In this document: piece by piece, positions 48,725 to 62,818 of the stretch | Layout: each line of letters opens with the position of its first letter | Numbering within the stretch: position 1 is the first letter of the stretch | Source of the DNA: Octopus vulgaris | Lineage: Eukaryota | DNA: 64,000 nt | Assembly (NCBI GenBank): GCA_951406725.2 | Contig: OX597818.1 | Location: 105,772,001-105,836,000 of the forward strand | Reading direction: 5' to 3' | Notes under the pieces: model-generated | What the model saw: the letters and a program-made list of their open reading frames with translations, nothing else | Databases searched by the model: none | What the model was told of the DNA's origin: nothing | Made by a program: the position numbers and the translations under genes

Positions 48725-49930
48725 CCTGGGCAAGATAAGGGTTCTAGACCGGTGATGCAAATTCCAGGTGAGGCCGCACCATAGCTATATAAAGCCTCAG
48801 ATAGATAGCCGGGGAGCGGCTCACAAAGGACTTGGTAAGTGATGCCAAGACACCTTCAGCCTTCTTGGCAATTTTAGCAATGTGTTTTGTCCAATGCAAA
48901 TCACTGTCGGCAATAATGCCCAAGTCATATTCACAAGAAAACTTTTTGAGATTAGTGTTGTGGAGTGGGTAAGTAGATGCTGGGTTTTACCTCCAAAAAT
49001 GCATGGTGGTACATTTGTCCACAGCCAGCTTGAGTTGCTAGTCCATGAAACATTGCTGCATTGTGGCCAGGTCTGATTGCAATAAAGATCTATAGTGTAC
49101 AGGATCTGTCCTCTTTATTTCGAGGTACAGCTTGATGTCATCTGCATATTTCAGCACTGTGGCATTCTTTAAGTTGGAATCTATGTCATTAGTATATGCA
49201 ACAAATAAAAGGGGGCCAAGAACAGATCTTTGTGGTACACCAGATGTCATCTCATAGGGTGGAGAGTGCTGTCATAGAACTGTGACAATTTCTTTTCGGC
49301 TGATAATGAAGGACTTCAACTAGTTATAGAGATCATCTCTTACACCCATTACAGAGTTTTACCATAAGTCTTTTGTGCAGCACAGAATTAAAAGCCTTAG
49401 CAAAGTCCAGGTAAACAACATCCACCCAGGAGCCGCTATCAGTGATTCAGGTAATGTCATCAAGAAACTCGATGAGTTGGTTACAGCAGCTGGAGTTAGG
49501 AATAAATCCAAATTGTGACGGCTGGATGAGGCTGTGAGACTTCCAGAAGTTTCAGAGTGTTTTTCTGACACAGGATTCCATCAGTTTGGCGATGCAGCTA
49601 GTAAGACCGATGGGGCAATAGTTGACAGGCAATGTGCAGTCACCTTTTTTGAACAGAGGGATAACACTGGCAGTTTTCCACTGCTCTGGAGTAACACCAT
49701 TGTCAAGACAGAATTGAAAGAATAGTGAAAGTTGGTTCAGAAGAAAGTACCCACTGCGTTTGAGAAGTAGGTATGTAACACCATCAAGACCAGGAGAGGC
49801 ATAGTTATGTTTATTCTTAAGGTGACATTGTAGCATTGCTGGTGTAAATTTCATAGTAATAGAGTCCGGTGTCAGAGGTGATGGAGATGGAACATTTTGA
49901 TCTGTTCTGATAATCAGCAGTGACTTTGTC
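48725..49930 (-). mobile_element. CR1 LINE RT region, decayed
   Basis: SPGLDGV, PEQWKTASVIPLFKKGD..NYCPIGLTSCIAKLME, SGVPQRSVLGPLLFVAYTNDI..KYADDIKL and VRPHLEFASPV. Confidence 0.9.
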
Positions 49931-51964
49931 AGCAAATCCCCTGCAATGGTCAATAATCAATGGCAAGATGAGCTGCTATGGATCACACTACCCCAAAGTG
50001 TGTATGCATGTGACCAGGGACCACATGTAAACTTAGATTCCCACTGAAACTTTGAACTCTACACCTCAACAATGAATGACGACTATGGTGTCTGCACTAT
50101 CCAGCATGCTTGCTCTCCCAGTGGGGCATTTGTCCATCAGATATGGTCAGCATTGACTTTAAGAGCAAAACTATGACAAGTATATATATATATATTTTGT
50201 TTGCACTCAGTCTATGCTTATTAACTTGTTACAGCAGCTTAGACAAATGCTCTGGTTGTTACTTTACTGATACTTTATATCTAGTCACAATACTTGACAA
50301 TACACTGTGGGATGTCCCAGATCAGATTGAACTTTGATATATTTGGGTTGCTGTCAAATATTGATCAGCCTATGCCTGTTCTATAAATAGAAAAGAGGTA
50401 AGCTGACTGACAAGAACTACTTAATAACAAGAAGAAGAAGCAATATTTAAATACCTAAAACCAGTTACACAATTATACAATGCTGAGTAATCATTAACAT
50501 AAGCAGAAGCTTATCTCTTTAATTTAAAATTTATGACCAGCTATATTATTACTCCTCCTCTTTAATCTGACTGTGGTGAGCACTATAATTTAGTAACATC
50601 TTGGTAAAGAAACAGGTTTTCAGGACATGTTTGATTTCTGATTGAAGCAATATTTCAATTACTGTCAATACATTTGTTTGTTAATCTTTTAATCAGGAGG
50701 GTAAACAATACCCATGCTTCTTTCAAGGCCTTCAAGACTGTTGTGAAAAAGTAAAATATGCTCAAATTGAAGACATATCCCAAATGCTTACAACAGAGTG
50801 GATTCTACAAAGCCACCCAAGGTGCCAGGTGTTTATGTTAAACTAGGTGATAGGTTAAGTCTGTTACCTAAATACCTGCAGCAGGATTTTAACATAGAGC
50901 AGAAAGAGCTGAAGCAAATAATACATAGATGTTCTTACAGTTCTGCTTATTCATTGCTTTGTATGGGTACTTTTTATTGATCCTAAAAGGATGACAAGCA
51001 AAATTAACCTTGATGGAATTTGAATGCAAAGAGCAAAAAGTTGGAAACAAATACCATGAGATAGTCTATCCTACACTATAAAAACATTGTAGAAATCAAT
51101 ATTGGTGATCACCAATTGATGGCTATCTGATTGCAATAAGCAAAGAATTAATTCTATTTTGCAAGTGTGTTGGGATAAATATCGTTTTTTGTAAATAGAT
51201 CAGAAAATTACTATTCATGCTCTTAGTGACTTAATATTGCTTTTTTTATGGTCATTGCCACCTCTATTGATAACTATATTGATCTTTCCTCCATCTATTT
51301 AATGTTGATACATAGTTGTATGGATACAGGGTTTACTTTGTTACCAGGTGGTCTTAAGTTCTGTCTCATCAAGTGGCTCATGTCTCTCTTACTATTATCT
51401 TATAAGTAATCTGATAGACAAAACTGCTTGGAGCCCATTGTATGTATGTATGTATGTATGTATACATATTAACATTTAACATCTACATTCCATGCTGGCA
51501 TGGGTTGGATGGCTCCAAGGACTGCATGTTCCAATGTCTGATTTGTCATGCTTTCTATGGATGGATGCTCTTCCTAACACCAACCACTTTATACTGTGTA
51601 CCGGGAGCTTTTCTCATGCCACCAACAATTGTGAGGTCGCTATGCAGCTTGCATCCCTACAGATCCCAAGGGGAGGAACTTTGTGCTAGTAGATGAGGGT
51701 TAAGGTATGAAAGAAGTGGGTGAGACAGAGCAAGTTCTTGTAGGGGATCTACATAGCTATTCACATTTAGGAAAGAGAAATGAATCAGTAGTAGCTGTAA
51801 AGAGATAATGATGTTTCCAGGTGGAACCTCAATGTATGAAGTGAGAGGTTGTGTGTGTGTGTGTATGTTTACATTCCTACTTCCTGGGGTCGTTGTAATC
51901 GACTAGCCCCCTCCTCCAAAATTTCAGACCTTATGCCTATAGTAGAATGGATAATTTTTATTAA

Positions 51965-52200
51965 GATGGCAAGCTATCAGAATCATTAGGTGCCTGACAA
52001 AATGCTGCTAAGCATTTTGGCTATCTTTATGTTCTGAGTTCAAATTCTGCCATGGTCAGCTTTGCCTTCCATCCTTTCAAAGTCGATGAAATAAGTACTA
52101 GTTGAGCACTGGAGTCAATGTAATCAACTAACTAGGTTCAATATTATTGACTATTTCCCTCTTGCAAATTTCAGACCTTCTGCCTATTTTAGAAACAATT
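51965..52200 (+). mobile_element. Meta-domain-like SINE, diverged
   Basis: gttctgagttcaaattctgcc..tttgccttccatcctttc..gtcgatgaaataagtac. Confidence 0.65.
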
Positions 52201-53777
52201 ATTTTTTTTTTTTTACTTCAGCAAACCAAAACTAAGCCATCCTATAGTACTTGTCACATCATTATCATTTGATACCCATATTCCATACTGACATGGATTG
52301 GATGGTTTGACAGGATTTGATGTGCCAAGGGTTGTATCATATTCTAGTGTCAGCTTTGGCATGGTTTCTACAGCTGGATGCCCTTCCTAACACCAACCAC
52401 TTTACAACATGTACCATGTGCTTTTTCATACCACCAGCACTATTGAAGTTACCATGCAACTTCCAAGACTACAGAACCAGGGGGAGGGGTATTTATGTGA
52501 GACAAGGAGTTAAAGTATGAAGGAAGGAGAGGAGGGAGGAGCAAGCAAAGTCTTGTAGAGGAGCTACATGGTTACTTACCTTTAGGAGAGAATGAAAGTG
52601 ATCAATAGAAACTGCAAGTCCAGATGGCACAGTGAAATTAGGGGAGTGGGTACTTGCAAGAGTGTATGGAGGGACCAAGACATGAGAGGATGGAAGGTAG
52701 GCAACAACTTAGGACTGAGAAGGACTGAAGGCTGGATACAGGGAGTGATGGATGATCTATGATGCAGGAGTTGGGGAAAGCAAAATGTAGAAAATAGTAA
52801 GGGAGATAGAGGGGCGAAATGCTATAGAAGGTGATATACACTTCCATCAATTTGAATCTGTCACTCAATTCCTAATTGAAGCCATTTATATAAAATTTTC
52901 AGTCTTTCAGTATGTAATGCTCACCAACCCATAGAAGAGACAATATGACCCTCTTCTCAAAAACAGCAACCTCTCAGGCCTTTCCAATTACTGCCCTACT
53001 GCTTTGCATTCAGCAGACCAAAGGTAATGTAAACAAGTATAAAGAAGTACCTCTTTTATTAGCTTGAATCTCTTCCTCTTTTGAATGACCAGTACAGTTT
53101 CTAGAAATTCATATCTACAAAGTTGCTATGTCACTATTTGAAACATGTCTTTTTCAAGATCTCTTCTTATGAAAGTAATATATGTTCAGCATGAGACATC
53201 TAGGAAGTATATGGATGAGACACCTGCAGCAGAAATAAGAATGATGGTTATGAGTTTTTGTGTTAAGCACATCTGCAAAGTCCATTAATCTTCAGGAGGA
53301 AGAGTGGGATACACAGCTCAACTTTGAGGTACATTAGAATTTATGAAGTGTAGATCGAATAGAGGCCCATGAAACCAATGAGTAATGGAGCAGTCCAAAA
53401 TTCTGATCCAAGAAATGAGACAGATGAAGACTATACATGAGCAATGTAGCTGAAGCCAGACATGAATCTAAGGGTTTGCTTATGCTGAAGGTACAAGAAC
53501 AGAGATCAGTATATATGATTTACAGAAACTGTACTGGTCATCCAAATGAGAAGTACACAGGTGCTTGTTTCCATTACCTTTGGACTGCTAGAGTGAAGCA
53601 GTAGGTTAGTAATTGTCAGGGCCAGAGGGATTTCTGTTTTTGTTATGTATTTCTATGAGTTGGTGAACATATATTCAGAAAGATTGAAATAAAACAATTT
53701 CAATTAGAAATTGAAACTAGCACAAACTCAATTCGATGGAAGCAGCCAAATCTATTCTATTTTAAGAAATAAAAGTA

Positions 53778-54105
53778 GAAGCATATTCTGTTGTGTCTGG
53801 AGAGAGCCATTTTCTTTTTGTACCTTATAATGTAACACACTCACCGGTAAAATTTCCACTTTTTTCTTTTTTTTTCCCTAAAATTATCGTTGTGTCTTGC
53901 AACCTTTTCAATAGTCTTGACTGTTGAAAAGGTTGCAAGACGCAACGAAAATCTTAAGGAGAAAAAAAAAAGAAAAAAGTGGAAATTTTACTGGTGAGTG
54001 TGTTACATTATAAGGCACAAAAAGAAAATGACTCCCCAGACACAACAGAATATGCTTCAACACACGAACTCATATAAAGAATCTTGCAAACCAAATCCAA
54101 AAACG
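53778..54105. mobile_element. ~280-bp near-perfect palindrome plus a ~47-bp asymmetric tail, flanked by a 14-bp duplication
   Basis: Arms at 53778-53916 and 53919-54058 with a 2-nt loop (TT). aaaagtagaagcat occurs at 53771-53784 and 54106-54119. Confidence 0.9.
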
Positions 54106-54714
54106 AAAAGTAGAAGCATCTTGCATAATTTAGTCAGAGATAAACTGCCTGAAAAAACAAGATGGTGATGGTGATGACAATGTTCTTGATCATAGGGTTT
54201 GTTGACCAGTAACATAATTTAATGTGCACTTGGCTGCACATTTGTGAAGGAGTAGTATAGTAGACTGAATTGACCCTAGTATTTATTTTATTGATCTAAA
54301 AGAGATGAAGTTAATGCCAGTGAAATTTAAACTTGGAACCAAATTAGTTCTATCTTCCATCTCTCTGATTTTGCTATTTGAAACTTCATTTTCTCTGTCA
54401 GTCTGGTCTGGAAAAAGTTGTTCCCCTATAACAGGTCCTCTAAGACCTTCAAAATCAAGTGGTCAAGTGGTTAATGTTCCACTTGAACAGAAAAGTCTGA
54501 ACCTTAATTTACAATTCTTTTGCCTATAGCATTTAGTACATCACCCCTTAGCATTTTTATCCAGTTGCATGCAAATGGGTTATTTCCCTTAACTCGCTTT
54601 AAAAAAAAATTAAATTTACCATCTCCATTTTACAACAGAAAGTGAAGGTTCATGATTTTCCTTTCGAAAGATGGAGCAATTGTTTCCTGTTGCCGTCTGC
54701 TGTTTTATTTACAA

Positions 54715-54856
54715 CTGTCATGAGCAAACTGCAGCCTGTGGGATTTTCTAAATGGCACACCATCGAAAAATTACCTTACATTTTTTAAAGTAGTGCAACC
54801 TGACGATGAACCATGTTTCATGCAGCTTACTATCCAAGAAAGATTGCCCATGCCCG
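54715..54856. mobile_element. Decayed hAT MITE
   Basis: ctgtcatgagcaaactgcagcc ... ttgcccatgcccg ends; 8-bp flanks atttacaa / atttaaag. Confidence 0.5.
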
Positions 54857-57759
54857 ATTTAAAGTTTACTAAATTCCTGCTCTGCTAAGCTTACTCTTGA
54901 GTCACAGAGCCTATTTGACCTTAATGCAAGGTTACTAGTTCACGTGACCTCAAAGAATATCCATATATCAGTGGATCTGGGTAATACATGTCAAAGGGCC
55001 AGCTTTCTTCAGAGTCCTATGCCTTAACCACTGAACCATTTGCTACTTGCATAACTGGAGGCTCTTACAAGAGTGGACCAAAGAGTAATAATTTACGCTT
55101 AATTTCATACTTCTCAAAATTCCTGAAACCTCACCATAGCACTGTCATAGTAAATCAACGCCCTAGGCCCTGTAGTATGTTTTTATTGACTGCAAGCCAC
55201 AATTGGGTTGCTAGACCCGTGAAGCCCTGGGCAATTACCCAGTGTGCCCATGCTTTAAGATGGCCCTGCTCGCCACCAGATGCAGTTGATCAATCAAGTT
55301 TAAACAGACTGCTCTCTGTTTAATGAGGTCTAATAAATTGAACTGTATTCATAGTTGTCTGTTGCTTCCAGACAATGATCAGATTTTCTTCTAAACGTGT
55401 AAATTAATTTTGGAAGATTGAATTTCAATCTGTTGAAATATCTTTCTTTTTTCCTTTGAGTGTCGCTAAAATTTCCGCTAGATTTGTTTTCTTTCCCCGG
55501 CTAAGAGGGAAATTTCAGTGAAGAAATTCTTTTGCGTACGTCATGCAGTATTTTGGTTAGTGTTGTCATATGGTTGTGACAACACTAAAAATTCTTTTCA
55601 AAAATGCTTAACACACAGATGGTACGTCAAACGTTTGTATTCTGCTTGGTTCTACGAAGCCAGCTATATTCACTTGTGTATGTATGTCTATTCGATTAAC
55701 GAGAGGAAGAAATGCAATCTTAAGAGCGTCCATAAATTTCCATTGACATCAAAACGATGCATTCGAAAAGAGTTGAGACTATAATCAGTCGAAAACTGAA
55801 TCGAGTACTTCCCTTTCATTTACTCAACGGTCTTAGTACCACTACTACTGTAACTGACTGCTTGATAAAACCGTTACTGCTAAATGTTAATGAATGCTGT
55901 TTGTCCAGGCTGCAACAGCCAGCATTACGTTTCGTTACTGCATTTAGCAAACAGGAATTCTATTATTATTGCAGCTATATGAGCAATAAACTCCTGCTGC
56001 TGCTGCTGTTTTCTGCACTCTATCACATCTGGTAACTAAAATATGGGAGCTATCAAGGGAGCCTCTAGCCGGTCGTTTGACCTGTTAGATATAGCGACAA
56101 AATTTCCTTTCACTTATGCTCTACTGACTTAAAAATTATATGTAGCATTAGATTGGAAATTGTGGTATTAGATACATGATAAAATTTTTTTTTTTTTTAA
56201 TGACGAGGTTATTGCTGGAAAGCTTATGGTCATTAGGTCTGCTCGATTGGTATCTACCTGGGCTAAATAATAGCAAAAGCTAACGGTGCTTCACAAAAGT
56301 TCTTCAGCATATTTCACTGCGGCGTTATTGACATTTTACCTACCTGTAGAAACGAATGCTTCTAACCAGTCCCCTTCCTTCCTCCACCCCGCTCCTGCCG
56401 CTTTCCCTCCCTCTCTCAGTTTCTTTGTCTGTTTTCGTGTGGAGACGCACTATCTGACACTTGACAGACATGGATAAACACTTTGATACCTAAAATAATT
56501 TAAAATTAGAATTGTGTTCATGCACGCATTGGTGCGACTGAGAAATTCTTCCGCTTTTGTAGTCAGTGTTATCAACCAGTGAGTGCTTAGCCCTGATAAT
56601 TGTTCCTGACAGCTAAATGAGCTCAGGTAAACAAACGGGATTTGAACTCCTGGGCATACCTTATACACTTGATTGTTCATTTCGCTCTCCATCTATATAC
56701 ACATGTACACCTGACACAAAACAAAATAAAAATGAAGTGCATGCTAATTATATACGCGCATACATGCATGTGTACGTATTTCTTCGAGTCGATGAGGGAG
56801 TCTCTAAGTAATTCGTCCATCTGCTTGCTTGAGCCCAAACTTCCCTCAAATCATACACCTTGTTTTAAAAAGGGAAAGACATACTAACATGCCTAGAAAA
56901 AAAAAAAAAAATTATAACCCGGGTGGCTCTCAATTTAATCAGGGCCGACTTAGGTTTTTTTTCAAGAACAACATATTTACCGTTAATGTTTGGTATGTTT
57001 CGACCCAGAGTAGAATACTCAGGCATAGTGACCTAGTTCTTATTATCAGTAAGAATCACTACGGTTTATGCTTATGGTTTTTATGAAAAGCATGCATGTC
57101 TCAAGGTTAAGTTAACAAGGATATAAAATATCTTTTGCACATTTATTTGCTACACACACATACACAAGATCTTAATTGCTTGAAATAGTTTAGCGTAGAA
57201 TCACTTAGCGCTTCGATTCTTAGATGAAGTTATTTCTATTTGTTTTTCTTGTTTATTTTCTTCAAGAGGGCATGAACACTACACAACCCCATTTCTTCCC
57301 AATTTTAATAATGAAGTTTGTTTCTGGGCGAATATTATGACAATTGTTATTTAAATGTATTGAATCGCACAGCTAGAATTTTTTTTTTTTTTTTTTTACT
57401 TCTACTGCTTAATTACTCGGTAATGTTTGTCATATAAGAGACACGGGTCTTTCTTTTGTGTAAATGTAGGTTTGATATTCTTTATAAACTCACGGACCCC
57501 CACATTATTGAGTGATGAAGTTGCAGAAGCAAAGAGAAATTCGTTTCAGAAGCTAAGTGTGACAAAATTCAACTGGTTAAGTAAAAGCGTACATGTGCCC
57601 TTGATATTCCTCCAAATAAACATAACCGTTTTCCACTTCGTATTATTGCCACTGCTGCTGTTACTTTAATGTTACAGGTATCCCCCGAACTGTATCTGCG
57701 TATGTGTGTAATCTAGTAGTAGTAGTATGAGGTTTCTAATAATTACAAACTATTTTTAG

Positions 57760-58213
57760 TGCGCCAGCTCACCTACTACACACAAATTCAAACCGTTTGT
57801 ACGCGGCGATGGAGGGAGGGGAGGGGAAAAACAACTCAAATCCAGATATTTCGGGTTTACTCACTGGTTGCAGTTATCTACTGCTAACCAATAGGAAGTA
57901 TCGTTAGGTTTTTGTTTGTTTTTAATTTTTTTTTTCCAGTTAATTTTATATACATGCCCATATATCAGTGTCTGTGTGTTGTCAGACGCATCGACTTCAT
58001 TCGGCGACGGCTTAGTCCATATTTTTCATCTCAACGTTGTAGCATATGGCTCCTCTCTCTACTAAGACCGTCCCGGTGTCTTATTTGAAATATCAATCAG
58101 CGACTGTTTTACATCATCATCTATCATATATTAGAGATTTCCGTTAGAAATATGCAGACGCCAATTCTTAAGAATCGAGGTTATATTAAGTCACAGAGCT
58201 CTCCGAGGAAAAG
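57760..58213 (+). other. Second candidate promoter/first exon, possibly encoding MQTPILKNRGYIKSQSSPRK
   Basis: CpG-richer, repeat-free stretch with a G-rich box, CCAAT and TCAGT. Strong donor AAG|GTAAGC at 58213/58214; ATG at 58152 (phase 2). Confidence 0.3.
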
Positions 58214-58246
58214 GTAAGCTGGAAAACCCGCGCGTGTGTATGTGTG

Positions 58247-58298
<52 letters not shown>

Positions 58299-61200
58299 CT
58301 TGCTGTAACCGAAATGTGATTGATTACTGTTTTTCTTATGACGAAAATTTTTTAGATTTAAGCTTGATTGTACAAGTTATTAGTGTTCTTTGTACGTATA
58401 TTTTGTGTTTGTGTTTGCATGCACGTTCTTTTTAACTTCTCGTTTAATTTGCTAGAATCTAGGTAAATGCCGTAGTATTTGTTGCTTTTTAGATACGCTT
58501 GATAACAAGGATCATTTATCCTTCCTCCTCACTCAATTTTATAGTTCTGTGGTTTCATTTTAAAATTGTATTTTGGTATAAACCTCATTCACCAATAAAT
58601 AAGAAAAAAAAATAATAATGGTTTCAATCGATTTCTATTTAGTGTTTGATTGCATGTGTCTGTATGTATACATGTATGTCTGTTTTGTCTTATGCAAGCT
58701 AGATTTGATCCATAGCCATCACTTTTGCAGTGTACGACCTTGCCAATGTCCCGTGCACGCATCAGATGTGTGCATTTTTTATGCATGCATCTGTGTACAT
58801 TTTGGTGCTCACATTAGGAATCTCTTCATACTGTGGTCGTTCGACTTGCTTTAAATAGCAGCCACATTTCCCTCAGGTTACATACGACCATCTTTAAAAA
58901 AAAAAAAAAAAAAAAAAAGATACCTATCTGCTCCAATATACTCTATGAACACGATCGGAATGCCTTTGATCCTTGGACTGTTCTATCAAGGTTGACGGGA
59001 TGCTAAACAATTGCTGCTATTTGCAAACGCATGAAAGTCAAAAATTCGGCAATCTCTGCCAAAATTCCCTTTAAAATACTTAAAATAGATCTAGTGCTTC
59101 GAAATTTTAGTCTTTTATCGTTTTTAAAATATTACTCATGGCTACATTTTGATATTCACCTTTCGGTTTTCCTTATTTATTTTGCTTTCACTGTGTTATT
59201 ATTTTTAATTTAGTAAATTAAATCTCCAATTTTCTCTCTTTGCCGATTTCCAAAGTTTCTATATTATAAATTTATTAATCCTTTATAACGATTGTTATAC
59301 ATAGGCAATCACTAGGAATATAATCTGTCTTTTATATACATACACTGAGTGTGGAACTATCAATGTGTATGGGAGATATTTTCTTGTGGATCTTTAATCG
59401 GAAAATTCTAGGTTAAGTCAAAGTGATCATTTACATACTCTCCCCCCCCCCCTTCCACTCTGCCTCATTCATACACACACACACATATATACTCTCACAC
59501 ACGTACGTTTGGAATCACTTGTTCATCCAGGCATTGATTCCAAAATCAGTAAATTATTTTGCTTCTAATCAGAAACTCCCTTCTACCATGTATGCGATTG
59601 CAAATATATATTTATATAAAGTACCTTTTATTTTGTATATAGATATATTTCGTTTGCATTTGAAAGGTAAAAATGAAGATGTTTGCATTTGAAATTTTAC
59701 TCTCATCCTCACTTAGAAAATTTAAAAGGCTGTTTATTTAAAAAAAATTTTATTAGTTGATGCAGTACTTGCTTTCATTATTGAATACATTCTTATTTTT
59801 GTATATAATTTTTATATTGTTTTTAAAAAATCTTAAAAAATTTTTCCTCTTTTTTTTTTTTCTATTATTTATTTTGCATATTCTGATCTTGGATGTATTC
59901 AAAACCATAATCATAATAGCGTCTTTTTCTTGCAGAAAAAAGGGGGTGGGGGCTAAAAAATAAAAGAGGGACATATTAACAAAATCCAAGCTTAAAAAAA
60001 AGACATTAAGTAGAATATATATATTTTAGTATTTTTTTGTCAGGTATGGGTTAATGATGTACTGAATGACAGGCAAAAATCTCAGTTAATTGAAACTTCT
60101 CAGTGTCAGCAAACAAAACTCTAGCAGTAATTCTTACTACCTGTCAAACAGGAGAATATGTCGAAATTAAGAATCAGTTGCACATAATTTACATGCTTAT
60201 GGGGGAAATTTAGTTATTATATACAGACAAGGGACATATTTCGGTTAGATAAGACTTCGTCAGTTTAATCTACTCAATACTGCTGTGATCAACTAACAGT
60301 AGTTTTAATGTATAGTAAGTTAAGATAAGGAAGAATTTTGACCAGTATAATTCGCACAATTAATGAAAGCCAATATAAATGAATTGTACAATTGCTGATA
60401 AGGTTCATCAGTCTGAAAACTTTATAGCTGTTCCTTTCTTTGCGAAGATCATTATCTCTTTACTTTTAGTTTCTCTAATAATTCTCTCTCTCTCTCTCTG
60501 AGGAAATTTCATTCAGTACATTTCTCATCTTATCTGATGAATCCATGCCACTGGTTGACGCGAGTTATTTCCCTTCGTTCATTCATATGCAAATTATCCG
60601 GGCCAAATATCCAAGCAAAAGGAATAAAATTTTTAATTTATTAAAGCAGGCTTGAGTATACTACATAGTTGATACTCAGTAAGATCGAAACGCCTACAGC
60701 TGTCCCTTTTACGGTAAACAAAGATTTGATTTCCCTGCTAAACGTGGAAATAAATTTTGTGGAATTCTTAATTTCTTCAAATTCTACCGTTTACTTTGAG
60801 AGTCGCTTACAATTATCACCAGATATATAAATATATCACTGTAATATACACGTTTTTTTTTTTTTATAATTGACCTAATAGTATTGTAACTTTCCAAGAC
60901 CCTTGGCCACTGGGCATCTTCCAACCGTACAAGTTTTATTTGTCCGTTGTTAGGAAAAATGGAATCGATCTGGCTAGTTTCTGGTCGTGTTAGATTTTCA
61001 TCAGAGAAAAATAAACATCAGTCTTCTGTCCACTGATAGATTAGTACCTTATAGTTATATATAATAAATAACACTCTCAACCACAGCTTAATTGGTTCGT
61101 CGTCTAAGTTGCTTATCAAGATATGTACTGACGTATTATCTCCTATTTTATATTCAACAACCACTTAGTTTAGAAAACGCTGATGTTGTTTGCAACTCCA

Positions 61201-61811
61201 ATAGAATCGTTCTAAAATCTTAAACTAGCACCAAGCGACATAACTCCAGATATGTACGTCTTCCCCAACTTTATTTCCTCATAACTTTATGAAAAATGGT
61301 TATTTTTTAACGAAAATTTTCAGCAAATTCGTTTCAGATAATGTAGATTGCTATTATATCAAAATTCTCCGGTCCCATCTGCCAATATTTATTCACATCA
61401 AATTCCGACATAATTGTAATCTACACCGTTTGAAACGTAACTGTAGAATATTTTATTTTAAAATATCCAGTATTTAGAAAGTTATGAGGAAATAAATCGA
61501 GATGTAAATATCGGGATTTCCTGCGAAAACTTTTTCCGGGCATATGAGGGGAATTTCGAAACTCTTCTTTTCGTCTTCCAGAAAGAAAGTCGTGGTCGGG
61601 ATACACATTTGTAGTTATACCCATTTAGCTCGGTGAAAAACTTTCACTAGACATGTCTGTGGTGGTATAAAGTAGATGTATGAATCGTATCGACATCATA
61701 CATAGCTTTTTTTTTTTTTTTTTGATATTTCGAACCGTGTTATGTAATATTGTCGGTCTAATTAAAAAGTGAAACTGTTCGCTGTCGAAGTCTTTAAAGC
61801 CATATTGATAT

Positions 61812-62818
61812 AAAATATCGGTCAATATAAAGATCTTCACCCGGGAACAAAATAGCCTGCTGGGTGTTAACAAGTGTGTAGAAAAAGAATATGAAAAAAA
61901 AAATTGCGCTAACGAAAAAATTTTGAAAAATTCACAAGATCCGATTTTTTCGTCATAACTTAGGGTAAAATGGATATATATTGGTTCTTTTTAGGGATTC
62001 TCAGTTTTTTTGTTGTTTTTTTCCAGTTATGGAGGATCCTATGCTGAAAAAAAAATTTCAAAATTTCAATTCCCTTCACTTTCCACTTTTCCGGGTTTTT
62101 TTTTGTTTTTTTGTTTTTCTTTTGCTAAATTCGTAGAAAAATGCGAAGATTACGATTCTGAAAAGAAATCTTATTTGGAAAATTTCAATTTTTCAACGAA
62201 TATATATATATACCCACAGCCTTCAAGTAGGCTAGCCACATGCTAGAAATAACAGCCAAATCTCACAAAACTGCGATAACATAATGCAATCAATCTACTC
62301 ACTTTCCTACAAAGATTTCTTTCAGAGTAATTTCCCACAGTAATATGACAAAGTAATTCATGTGAAATTAAAGTGTTTTTTTTTTTTTAACTTTTTAAAA
62401 ACTTTTTGGATTTTTTTCAATCAATCTACATGGGAATCTACGGAGATTAAGAATATAGAAAAAATAAACAGAAATTCAAATTTTAAATGAAGGGGGAGGG
62501 GGAATTGAAATTTTGAAAATGCGATTTTTGAGGGGGGGGGGGTTCCCCCACAATCGGATCCTCCATAACCGAAAATGTGGGATTCCGTAAAAAAAAAAAA
62601 TATGTATACATATATATATCCATTTTACCGAAAGTTATGACAGAAAAATCGGATCTTGTGAATTTACCGAAAATCTTCTTCCCGGGTCGTTAGCGCAATT
62701 TTTTTTTTTTTTTTTCATACTCGTTTTCTACATACTTGTTAACACCTAGCACACTGGTTTATTTATTTGTTTTTTTTTTTGTTCACAGGTGAAGATCTTT
62801 ATATTGACCAAAATATCT
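61812..62818. mobile_element. ~1-kb foldback element with long diverged arms (~260 bp)
   Basis: ggtcaatataaagatcttcacc, ggtgttaacaagt, aaattgcgctaacga, aaattcacaagatccgatttt, taaaatggatatata and ttatggaggatcc all recur as reverse complements at 62500-62818. Confidence 0.8.
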
